Below are positions 17,477 through 25,314 of a stretch of 25,314 nt of DNA, piece after piece. Origin of the DNA: Promethearchaeota archaeon (lineage in GTDB: Archaea; Asgardarchaeota; Lokiarchaeia; Sigyniarchaeales; SOKP01); contig JAEOTR010000039.1 in NCBI GenBank assembly GCA_016839705.1, forward strand, positions 1 to 25,314, in the 5' to 3' direction. The notes below the pieces were generated by a model, which worked only from the letters and a program-made list of their open reading frames with translations, was not told the DNA's origin and ran no database searches. The first letter of the stretch is position 1, and every line of letters begins with the position of its first letter. A program made the position numbers and the translations under genes.

Positions 17477-18211
17477 ATTCCAATTGAATGGGAAAAAGCT
17501 GAATCAAAACCTGATAAGAAAATGTCTGTTGAGGGAAGCTTTTTACTAGATTTAAGATCTAAAATTAATAACATAGAAAAACAGTTAGCTCAAAAAACTA
17601 AAGACTTAGAAAAGTCATCAAGCGATTTAAAGACTACTCGAGAAAGATTGACAAATATAGAAAAAACTGCTGAGGAAAGGGGTCAAAATCTTACAGAAGC
17701 ACAGAAGAATTTCGAAAGAGCAAAAGAAGAAAAACTATATGCAGACGCAGAAATTACTAAGTTAAGAAACTCAAAATCTGAAGTCGAAAAAAAATTAGCG
17801 GAGACAGAATCTAGAATAACAGAATTGGAAAATAAGCTAAAAGAAGCTTCTTTAAAAGCTGAAATTTTACAAAAAGAAACGAAAGATGTACATACAAATT
17901 CAGAAAAGGAAAAAAGCGCCCTTAAAGAAGATTTACAGCAAAAGGAAAAAGAAATTGAAGACTTAAGAAAGGAACTACAGACAATAAATTCAGACAAATA
18001 TGTAGAAATTGAAAGTCTGAAAAATGAAAAAGATACCCAAGCAACAGAAATAACAGCCCTAAAACAAAAACTTGAATCACTTGAGGAAAGTATCTCTGAG
18101 GCTAAAGGAGCACCTAAACTTATGGAAGAAATTAAAGATATTATGGCTCATAAGGGTTTTCTTTCAGACAGGGAATTCGATGACTTATTGCTTAAATTAG
18201 ATATTAAATAA
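17477..18211 (+). CDS. Long coiled-coil protein, paralog B (start extended upstream of track ATG 17522)
   Basis: In-frame upstream codons give IPIEWEKAESKPDKK-MSVEGSFLLDLR, matching paralog A's N-terminus. Tail EIKDIMAHKGFLSDREFDDLL. 244 aa if started at ATT 17477. Confidence 0.85.
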   Translation: MPIEWEKAESKPDKKMSVEGSFLLDLRSKINNIEKQLAQKTKDLEKSSSDLKTTRERLTNIEKTAEERGQNLTEAQKNFERAKEEKLYADAEITKLRNSKSEVEKKLAETESRITELENKLKEASLKAEILQKETKDVHTNSEKEKSALKEDLQQKEKEIEDLRKELQTINSDKYVEIESLKNEKDTQATEITALKQKLESLEESISEAKGAPKLMEEIKDIMAHKGFLSDREFDDLLLKLDIK

Positions 18212-18233
18212 ATACCCCCTTTTTATTATTAGA

Positions 18234-19328
18234 ATGGTTAAATTAACTTGGGAAAAAAAAACAGAAATAAACATAAATCTTGTTAAACTTAAACAAAAAT
18301 ATTCCAATTTTTTTGAAGATTTCATAGATACTTTATCATTTAGTAACGAGCCAATCGTTACTAAACCTCAATTTAGCAGTTGGAAAAATAAATTATTCTG
18401 GGGCGAAAATTTAGAAGTATTATATTCAATAGTAAATGAGTTTGAAAATAAAATAGACCTTATTTATGTTGATCCCCCTTTCTTTTCAGGTGTAAATTAT
18501 AAAATAGAAATCTTAGAAGAAAATAAAATCTATGATTCTATTGCTTATGTGGATAGTTGGCAAAAAGATTTAGATTCATATTTACAAATGCTTTATGAAC
18601 GAATAATATTATTTCAAAAACTTCTCTCACAGAGGGGCCTATTATTCATTCATCTCGATTGGCATGCGAGTCATTATGTCAGAATAATGTTGGATGAAAT
18701 TTTTGGGGAAAATAGATTTGTAAATAATATCATTTGGTATTATTATAATAAATATTCTGCTGGTAAGAAAAATCTCCCACGTGCATATGATAATATTTTA
18801 GTCTATTCCAAATCCAGTAATTATACTTTTAATGAAATCAGAATACCCCGCAAAAAACCAAGAAAACAGTTAGTTAGAGTTAATGTTAACGGTATTTTAA
18901 AGAATGCTAAGGATGAGAATGGACATGTGAAATATCGTACTGTTATAGATAAGAAATTAGATGATGTTTGGAGAATTCCTTGCTTACAACCTGCTTCTAA
19001 AGAGTGGACGGGATTTCCAACCCAAAAGCATCATGCATTACTGGAAAGAATAATTAAATTGGGAACAAATGAAGATGATTTAGTAGCAGATTTCTTTTGT
19101 GGTTCTGGAACTACTTTGTTAGAGGCTGAAAAATTAAAAAGAAAATGGATTGGAAGCGATATTTCTGAATATTCAATATACCTTTCTTACAAACGTCTTT
19201 TAAATTATCAAAAAAACCATCAAAAAAGTTATCCATTTAATTTATTAACTCATATGGATGATGAGAAAAAAAAGATGCTAAATACAGGTTTTTTTCAAAA
19301 AGATCTTTCAATAAAAAGAAAGAAATGA
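18234..19328 (+). CDS. Site-specific DNA methyltransferase, N4-C/N6-A beta class (Mod-like), orphan
   Basis: LFWGENL, IDLIYVDPPF (motif IV) precedes FPTQK..ALLERII and VADFFCGSGTT (motif I); LDEIFGENRFVNNIIW. Confidence 0.92.
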   Translation: MVKLTWEKKTEININLVKLKQKYSNFFEDFIDTLSFSNEPIVTKPQFSSWKNKLFWGENLEVLYSIVNEFENKIDLIYVDPPFFSGVNYKIEILEENKIYDSIAYVDSWQKDLDSYLQMLYERIILFQKLLSQRGLLFIHLDWHASHYVRIMLDEIFGENRFVNNIIWYYYNKYSAGKKNLPRAYDNILVYSKSSNYTFNEIRIPRKKPRKQLVRVNVNGILKNAKDENGHVKYRTVIDKKLDDVWRIPCLQPASKEWTGFPTQKHHALLERIIKLGTNEDDLVADFFCGSGTTLLEAEKLKRKWIGSDISEYSIYLSYKRLLNYQKNHQKSYPFNLLTHMDDEKKKMLNTGFFQKDLSIKRKK

Positions 19329-19332
19329 GATT

Positions 19333-20769
19333 TTAGGATCTTTGATTATGGAATTTTATATTGATTCCTAAATAATTTGAAAGAGCTTCATATACAACAT
19401 CCCCAACTTCATTTAATGAGGCTGCAACGTGATGTGCATATCCTTCTTCACAAACTAGTCTCAACAATTCTTGTAAATTCGGGATCTCAACAATCCCAAA
19501 TCCCCCAAAAGTATTAAGTGGATCATCGGTATAATTACCTTCAGCAATAATTGCTTTGATCTCCCCAAACAAGTCGTCTGTATCAACTCTAAGTAAAGTA
19601 CAGGGTTTTGTTTTGATTCGTCCTTGAATAGCGCCAAAAGTTACATCATCTCCCTTTAACCCAGAAATAATAGGATGATTAGTCATTTTTGTATCCTTAA
19701 AAAAGGATATAGGAAGATTACTACAATGGAACAATACCATCTTATTAGGATCATCACCATAGTTATTATTCCAATCTAGTATAGCAGAGGGGGTATCTGA
19801 AGCAATCTGTAAAATTAACATGCTAATCAATCCAGAAATATCTGCTTCACAAGCTGCTGGAACTAGCCCCTCACTAAACATACTTAACACTGCACATGGA
19901 ACGATACCATAATTATCCTGGATTGAGGGCCAACATTGAAAGGCAAATCCATCTAGCTCGTTTTCGTTTACCCAATTCTCAACCACAGCAGCTAGCTTGG
20001 CTAATTTAAGAATCCCATCTTCTGGAAAAGATCTTGTTGAGGTATAATTGGTGATAAAATCAATTTTTTCTTTTACTGTTGGATCATCATCCTTCAAATT
20101 ATCAATTAAACCAAAGATTTCAGACAGATCAATTGGTTCGATACTTATACCATTGAATTCTAATATTTTTTCACTGTACCTAACAGTTTCAAATGCATTA
20201 GGTCTTGTTCCAATTTGCCCTAATCGAACGTTCCTAAACTTAATCACAATTTTGCATATTTTTTCAAACCGTTCGAGATCTTTTATAAAAATATCTGATT
20301 TAATTGGACATGTATGATATTTTGTGAGAGTAAATGGGATTCCGTATTGGTATAATACACTTGTGACTGAAATTTTGCCACAAAATGCATCCCTTCGATT
20401 TCTTTGATCCATTTTATCAAGCTCATCAGATGACGCCTGAATTAAAATAGGAACATTGAGATCTGCAAGTTTTAGTGTGTTCGCTACTCCCTTTTCATCA
20501 CCAAAATTAGGGAGTATAACTATTATCCCACCTATCTTTTCTGTATAGGTTTTAAATAATGAAGCACATTTTTTAGCATCTTCATAGGTTTCTACGGCTC
20601 CAAATTTAGTATCTTCTACGCTTAATATAACATAATTATAACCCATTTTTTCCATAACTTCAATAATTTCAAGTCGTCCTTTTTTTGCTAAATGATCAGG
20701 GAACACATCCCGGTTTCCTACAATAATACCAAAAGTTATTTTTTCTGGTATTTTAGATCTAATTATCAT
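19333..20769 (-). CDS. L-fucose/L-arabinose isomerase-family protein
   Basis: GNRDVFP, LPNFGDE, RRDAFCGKIS, IGTRPNAFETVRYSE, FQCWP, ACEADISG, LFHCSN, GYAHHVA. Confidence 0.85.
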   Translation of the reverse strand: MIIRSKIPEKITFGIIVGNRDVFPDHLAKKGRLEIIEVMEKMGYNYVILSVEDTKFGAVETYEDAKKCASLFKTYTEKIGGIIVILPNFGDEKGVANTLKLADLNVPILIQASSDELDKMDQRNRRDAFCGKISVTSVLYQYGIPFTLTKYHTCPIKSDIFIKDLERFEKICKIVIKFRNVRLGQIGTRPNAFETVRYSEKILEFNGISIEPIDLSEIFGLIDNLKDDDPTVKEKIDFITNYTSTRSFPEDGILKLAKLAAVVENWVNENELDGFAFQCWPSIQDNYGIVPCAVLSMFSEGLVPAACEADISGLISMLILQIASDTPSAILDWNNNYGDDPNKMVLFHCSNLPISFFKDTKMTNHPIISGLKGDDVTFGAIQGRIKTKPCTLLRVDTDDLFGEIKAIIAEGNYTDDPLNTFGGFGIVEIPNLQELLRLVCEEGYAHHVAASLNEVGDVVYEALSNYLGINIKFHNQRS

Positions 20770-20860
20770 AATTTATTTCTCAAATTTTAATTTTTAAAAG
20801 ATTTAATTAAGTAATTTAATTAAAGAATTTAAAATTAAAATAAAATTTGCTAACTTTTTC

Positions 20861-22123
20861 ATGAATATTAGATCTAGACTTCAAACTCGAATAAAGCATC
20901 TATGGGATCAAAAAATATTTCGATATACTGTAATTCTTCATAGCTTTTACTTCTTTCTTTCAATTCTTTTATTCTTCCTCTTTTACAAGGAAAAAAATGA
21001 TTTTCTAATATTTTATAGAGTTGGGGATATATTTCTGAATGATATTGAAAATTTATATAACCAAACATATTATTTATGGGATTTTAGATATTTTCCTCTC
21101 TCAGCGCTTTTTTTTATTCCCTTTTCGATTTTAAGTTTCGAATTAGCTTTTATTATATTCAATATCTTTAACGTTGCTCTTAACATTCTGATTTCAGTAA
21201 TGCTATATAAGGTTATTATGTTAGTACGAGCCAAAAACCATGAAAACGATGATAAAAGAGTAATTACTTATTTATGTGTTTATTTAATGGGTTTGCCTCA
21301 CGTATTAAATTATGTGTACGGCCAAATAAATTCATATATTACTCTATTTATTTTAGTCTCTCTTTATATCTTTATTAAATATAAAGAAATTAAATGGCAA
21401 TTAATAGGGAGTATTATCCTTGGTATAAGTATCATTATTAAACCTACAGCATTTTTTCTAATTCCATTTCTGATCATTTTAAAATTTGACAGAGAAAAAA
21501 AGAAATTTTATCCTGACTTCTTTACAAGCACCATAAGATTAATTGGTGTGATTTTACCTGTTTTATTAAATTTTATCCTCTTTTTCATGTATCCCTCATT
21601 ATGGCAAGGATTCTTAGAAACAAACTTTACAGGGAGTAACCCTATTGCTTTAAATTTCTCGTTCAGTATCTCCAAACTAATTATTAATTTCTGTTATTTT
21701 TTTAACATTCCTTTTAACCAACTCTATATCTTAATTGGAGTCATTTGTATCATCGGTGGAATAGGTTTTATCATATTTATAATGAGAAGAATTGATGAAT
21801 TTTCTATAATCTTTGGCTTTGCATTTGGAATAATCATTATGCTTCTTGTATACTATGATTCTTGGGACCACCATCTTTTAAATTTAATCCCTATCTTAAT
21901 TATTATTTTATTTAATCTTCCTAGAGATTCAGTGATAACTAGATCTATAAAATCAAGTTTAATATTCTTTAGTTTTTTCAATCTTGCTTTTGTGGGTATT
22001 TGGTATTTGATCTATCCGTTATTTCCATTTAATTTCGTAAGCACATTCTTTCTATTAGTTTCCTTTTATGCATTATATAAATATCTGGTAAAAAGTGATG
22101 TAAGAAAATCAAAGGAGGCCTAA
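20861..22123 (+). CDS. GT87/DUF2029-family (GT-C fold) membrane glycosyltransferase, paralog 1
   Basis: NDF..FY after TM1, FRYFPLSALFFIPF, GQIN, IIKP, SWDHHL; polytopic. Confidence 0.85.
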   Translation: MNIRSRLQTRIKHLWDQKIFRYTVILHSFYFFLSILLFFLFYKEKNDFLIFYRVGDIFLNDIENLYNQTYYLWDFRYFPLSALFFIPFSILSFELAFIIFNIFNVALNILISVMLYKVIMLVRAKNHENDDKRVITYLCVYLMGLPHVLNYVYGQINSYITLFILVSLYIFIKYKEIKWQLIGSIILGISIIIKPTAFFLIPFLIILKFDREKKKFYPDFFTSTIRLIGVILPVLLNFILFFMYPSLWQGFLETNFTGSNPIALNFSFSISKLIINFCYFFNIPFNQLYILIGVICIIGGIGFIIFIMRRIDEFSIIFGFAFGIIIMLLVYYDSWDHHLLNLIPILIIILFNLPRDSVITRSIKSSLIFFSFFNLAFVGIWYLIYPLFPFNFVSTFFLLVSFYALYKYLVKSDVRKSKEA

Positions 22124-22127
22124 AATA

Positions 22128-22895
22128 TTGAAGAAAAAAGTTTTTCTTATTGTTGGTTTACTCTTTTTCATATTAACAAGCGGGTTTATATCTAATGTGT
22201 CTGCTGCGAATTATGGAATCGGAGTTCACCAAAATGAAAGATTAATATGGAAGTGTAAAGTTTGTAATAACGCTGAAATGGATAGAATTTTTGGGTCTGA
22301 ATGGGGTAGTTCCGGGATATTTACAAATTTAAGTAAAGGAGCAAATTTGAAATGGGAAATAAAATCTACCGAGAAAAACAACACTATCCTCAGCATAAAT
22401 TATGACATCTGGTTTTGGAACATAAGTGATGATTGGACTATTAAAGATAATAGTTCGCATATTAATTTCTTTGTTGACCCAAAAGATTATTCTCCAAATT
22501 ATTGGTTTTTAGATTATACTTCACTTGTTCCCTTTCTGCTTCCTATCCCAGTAGGAGAGTATTTAGGTGGTTTAAGTGTAAAACTAAATGATTGGTATGA
22601 TGTAGATAATAGAGTGCTACCAACATTAAATGTTGAGGTTCAAAAGCACAGTATTTATCCCAATTATCCTAACAAAGATATTAAGATTATCGCAATTTAC
22701 AATGATCGCGGGATTTTAAATTCATACAAGCTCTACGGAAAAGAAAATGCAGTTATTATTGATATTTCTCTAGATTTTTTACCTATCTATGTAATACCAT
22801 CATTGTTTGGTTTAGTAGTACTATTATCTATTGGGGTTGCGTTTTATATAATAAAAAAAAAAAAATCACTTCACTTACTATCGAATAAAAAATGA
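22128..22895 (+). CDS. Secreted, C-terminally membrane-anchored surface (glyco)protein
   Basis: MKKK plus hydrophobic signal ending VSA-A; beta-rich body with NxS/T sequons; C-terminal TM (IPSLFGLVVLLSIGVAFYII) followed by KKKK. Confidence 0.82.
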   Translation: MKKKVFLIVGLLFFILTSGFISNVSAANYGIGVHQNERLIWKCKVCNNAEMDRIFGSEWGSSGIFTNLSKGANLKWEIKSTEKNNTILSINYDIWFWNISDDWTIKDNSSHINFFVDPKDYSPNYWFLDYTSLVPFLLPIPVGEYLGGLSVKLNDWYDVDNRVLPTLNVEVQKHSIYPNYPNKDIKIIAIYNDRGILNSYKLYGKENAVIIDISLDFLPIYVIPSLFGLVVLLSIGVAFYIIKKKKSLHLLSNKK

Positions 22896-24175
22896 TAATA
22901 AAAAATACCTTTCAAAAAGTAAAAAAAAGGATGATGGAACTTTGGTCATACAATATATTTAGGTATGCAATCCTCATTCATTGTGGGTATTTTATAGTTT
23001 CAATCATTCTAACACTTTTTTTATTTAGGGATCAGAATGACTTCCTCGTTTATTACGAAGTAGGAGAGACTGTACTTAGAGACATTAATGATCTTTATAC
23101 TGAAGCCTATAGATGGCCTTTTAGATACTTTCCATTATCGGCTTTATATTTCGTTCCGTTTTATTTAATGGGTTTTGATTTTGGATTTATAATTTTTACT
23201 TTAATTAATCTGATATTGAACATTCTAATATGTGTATTTCTTTATCGGATTATTAATTTAGTGAAGTTAAGGGATCATGAGAAAGATGATAAAAGGGTAG
23301 TTCTATATATTTGTTTATATATGATCAGTTTGCCACAGATATTTAATTATATTTTAGGACAAGTCAATTTATATGTTACTCTGTTGATTCTGCTTTCATT
23401 ATTCCTATTTTTGAAATATCCTGGTATAAAATGGCAATTTTTTGCAAGTATCATACTTGGATTAAGCATAGTGATTAAACCTATAACTATTTTCATGATT
23501 CCCTTCTTAATTGTAATCCAATTTGATTTAAAAAGCAAAGAATTCAAATTTGATATTTTAAAAAGTATTATACGGTTAGTCGGAGTATTTTTACCTCTTT
23601 TTCTTAATCTTATTATGTTTATTATTTTTCCTCGGTTATTCCAAGGATTTATAGCTACAAACTTTACAAGTTCGGAACCTTCACAAATTAATCATTCCTT
23701 TAGTATAACCAAATTGATTATAAACTTACTCTATTATATAGGCATTCAAGAAAGTAATGTCTTAACTATTCAATTACCGCTGTTTTTGATTGTACTAGTT
23801 ATGTTTGCGGTTATTGGATTCATATCATTCATCATCAGAAAAAATACTCAACATTCTATAATATATGGTTATACTTTTGGAATCTTAATTATGTTAATTT
23901 GTTATTATGATTCTTGGGATCATCATTTACTGAATTTAACTCCTTTATTAATGATAATTTTGTTTAATTTGCCCCGGCAATCTGAAATTATAAAGAAGTT
24001 CATCAAACCTAGTTTTTTCTTTTTAAGCTTTTTAGATCTTGCTTTTATGGGGCTATATTTTGCAGTTGTAACAATATTCCCGTTCAATTTCGCTAGTACA
24101 ATCTTCCTTTTAATTGTTTTTTATGGATTTATTAAATATTTAAATTTATCTGATAACAAAGATGAGCCCAATTAG
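22892..24175 (+). CDS. GT87/DUF2029-family (GT-C fold) membrane glycosyltransferase, paralog 2
   Basis: NDFLVYY, FRYFPLSALYFVPF, HEKDDKRV, GQVN, VIKP, YYDSWDHHLLNL; colinear with paralog 1. ATGA overlap with the preceding gene. Confidence 0.85.
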   Translation: MIIKNTFQKVKKRMMELWSYNIFRYAILIHCGYFIVSIILTLFLFRDQNDFLVYYEVGETVLRDINDLYTEAYRWPFRYFPLSALYFVPFYLMGFDFGFIIFTLINLILNILICVFLYRIINLVKLRDHEKDDKRVVLYICLYMISLPQIFNYILGQVNLYVTLLILLSLFLFLKYPGIKWQFFASIILGLSIVIKPITIFMIPFLIVIQFDLKSKEFKFDILKSIIRLVGVFLPLFLNLIMFIIFPRLFQGFIATNFTSSEPSQINHSFSITKLIINLLYYIGIQESNVLTIQLPLFLIVLVMFAVIGFISFIIRKNTQHSIIYGYTFGILIMLICYYDSWDHHLLNLTPLLMIILFNLPRQSEIIKKFIKPSFFFLSFLDLAFMGLYFAVVTIFPFNFASTIFLLIVFYGFIKYLNLSDNKDEPN

Positions 24176-24178
24176 AAA

Positions 24179-24898
24179 ATGGAAATAATCCCTGCAATAG
24201 ACATTAGCAACGGAAAATGTGTTCGATTATACAAAGGTAGAAAAGGAACCGAAACAATTTATTTTGAGGATCCTCTTGAAGCCTTAGACTTTTGGATTAA
24301 TCATGGCACAAAAAGGCTACATTTTATTGATCTCGATGGAGCGTGGGGATCAAGTATTAATAAAGACTTACTTCAAAAGATAATTAAGAAGGCATCTAAT
24401 AAGACAAAGATTCAAATAGGTGGGGGAATCAGAAGCATTGAATCTGCCGTAAAATTAATTGATCTTGGTGCGGATCGTATAATAATTGGGACCTTTGCTA
24501 TTAAAAATCCAAATGGTCTAAAAGAATTATTGGAAATAGTTGGTTCTGATAAAATAATCATTGCGATCGATTACCGAAAAGAAAAAGTTGCCATTCAAGG
24601 ATGGACTGAACTTTCAAATAAAAATCCATTTTCCTTTGGGAGAGAACTTGAAGAATTAGGGATTAAATTCATTCTTTTTTCGTCGATTGAAGCGGATGGA
24701 ACCTTTTCTGGTCCGGATTTTGAGAATATTGAAAAAATGGTAAATTCAGTCAAGAAAACCTCGCTTTACGTTGCAGGTGGAGTGAGAAATATAGAAGATG
24801 TAGAAAACTTGAAAACTACTGGCGTTAAAGGAGTTATTATTGGAAAAGCTTTCTATGAACAATCTTTACCATTTTCTATAATCAAAAATTCTAAATAG
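24179..24898 (+). CDS. hisA: ProFAR isomerase HisA
   Basis: IIPAIDISNGKCVRLYKG, LHFIDLDGA, IQIGGGIRS, RIIIGT, IQGW, DGTFSGPD, VAGGVRN, GVIIGKAFY. Confidence 0.93.
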   Translation: MEIIPAIDISNGKCVRLYKGRKGTETIYFEDPLEALDFWINHGTKRLHFIDLDGAWGSSINKDLLQKIIKKASNKTKIQIGGGIRSIESAVKLIDLGADRIIIGTFAIKNPNGLKELLEIVGSDKIIIAIDYRKEKVAIQGWTELSNKNPFSFGRELEELGIKFILFSSIEADGTFSGPDFENIEKMVNSVKKTSLYVAGGVRNIEDVENLKTTGVKGVIIGKAFYEQSLPFSIIKNSK

Positions 24899-24959
24899 GA
24901 TGATTAAAATATAATAAAAGAAGACCAAAAATTAGCCTTTGAGGAAGTTTTTAATAAAA

Positions 24960-25314
24960 ATGCTTCTACAGTTTTATTTACCCCCATTACTGCTAGTATT
25001 TGCTCCTGCATTTACATTAGGAATCCTTCATACTGCAATTCCATGTGAAGATAAAGCAATATTTTTTTTTTGGTCTTTTGGAATATCTAAAACACCTTTA
25101 AAAAGTATTTTTATTTTAGTTCTGTATGGATTAGGATTAATAACATCAAATTTATTAATAGCAACTGGGACTGTTGTTATAAGTTTCATTCCTCAATTTC
25201 TTTTTCCAGGTATTATCCCAGAAGAACCGTTTTCAATTAATTTTTTTGGTGCAGTTACTTCCATGTTTGCGGGATTTATTATATTGTTTTTTATTATTAG
25301 AAAGGGATATATGC
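24960..25314 (+). CDS. Membrane transporter, NiCoT/RcnA/UreH-like, 3'-truncated by window edge (absent from ORF track)
   Basis: Manual translation from ATG 24960, open to the end: MLLQFYLPPLLLVFAPAFTLGILHTAIPCEDKAIFFFWSFGISK...IIRKGYM. AFTLGILHTAIP resembles the AFxLGxxHAxxP TM1 motif; GAGGA upstream. Confidence 0.65.
   Translation, partial: MLLQFYLPPLLLVFAPAFTLGILHTAIPCEDKAIFFFWSFGISKTPLKSIFILVLYGLGLITSNLLIATGTVVISFIPQFLFPGIIPEEPFSINFFGAVTSMFAGFIILFFIIRKGYM

Noticed and set aside
16605-18211. Calling the coiled-coil proteins Smc or ESCRT-III/Snf7
   Set aside because: They have no Walker A/B or hinge and are far too short for SMC. The continuous rod lacks the basic-N/acidic-C helical-hairpin organisation of Snf7.
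20801-20823. Direct repeat ATTTAATTAA x2 in the divergent promoter between the isomerase and GT87 genes
   Set aside because: Pure A/T sequence in an extremely AT-rich spacer; indistinguishable from chance.
10469-23547. ORFs 10469..11113(+), 14764..14967(-), 15283..15495(+), 15988..16233(+), 17683..17997(-), 20048..20317(+), 20874..21068(-), 23347..23547(-)
   Set aside because: Antisense or alternate-frame shadows inside confidently assigned CDSs; no independent evidence.
25062-25071. Poly-T run in the last ORF as a possible phase-variation or frameshift site
   Set aside because: The frame stays open through it (Phe-Phe-Phe-Trp), and homopolymers are common throughout this AT-rich sequence.
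1-25314. CRISPR arrays, tRNA/rRNA genes, IS elements
   Set aside because: No regularly spaced repeats, GC-rich structured intergenic blocks or transposase-like ORFs were seen; intergenic gaps are short and AT-rich.

Overview
AT-rich, gene-dense archaeal chromosomal segment, most consistent with an Asgard archaeon of the Lokiarchaeia type. This is an inference from class I LysRS, GatAB, a stand-alone Roadblock/LC7 protein, a DUF123 GIY-YIG nuclease, GGTGA-type ribosome-binding sites, oligo-T terminators and a rich acyl-CoA metabolism. Contents in order: 3' part of gatA, gatB, class I lysS; Roadblock/LC7; two hypotheticals; an SDR; a membrane metal-hydrolase-like protein; a GIY-YIG nuclease abutted by an unannotated 57-aa, 11-Cys zinc-finger gene; a flippase-like transporter; a BadI/MenB-like crotonase with 3-hydroxyacyl-CoA dehydrogenase; a membrane protein; a creatininase-family enzyme; a coiled-coil/PC4-like protein; a polytopic membrane protein; DUF72; two tandem paralogous long coiled-coil proteins with conserved head and tail motifs (the second apparently starting at ATT); an orphan N4/N6 DNA methyltransferase; a fucose-isomerase-like protein; an operon of GT87, anchored surface protein, GT87 and hisA; and the 5' part of a NiCoT/RcnA-like transporter. 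No rRNA, tRNA, CRISPR array or mobile element was recognised. The best leads for something undescribed are the coiled-coil paralog pair, the SIVA-like zinc-finger microprotein coupled to a repair nuclease, and the GT87/surface-protein cassette. All family calls come from motif recognition by eye, not from searches.
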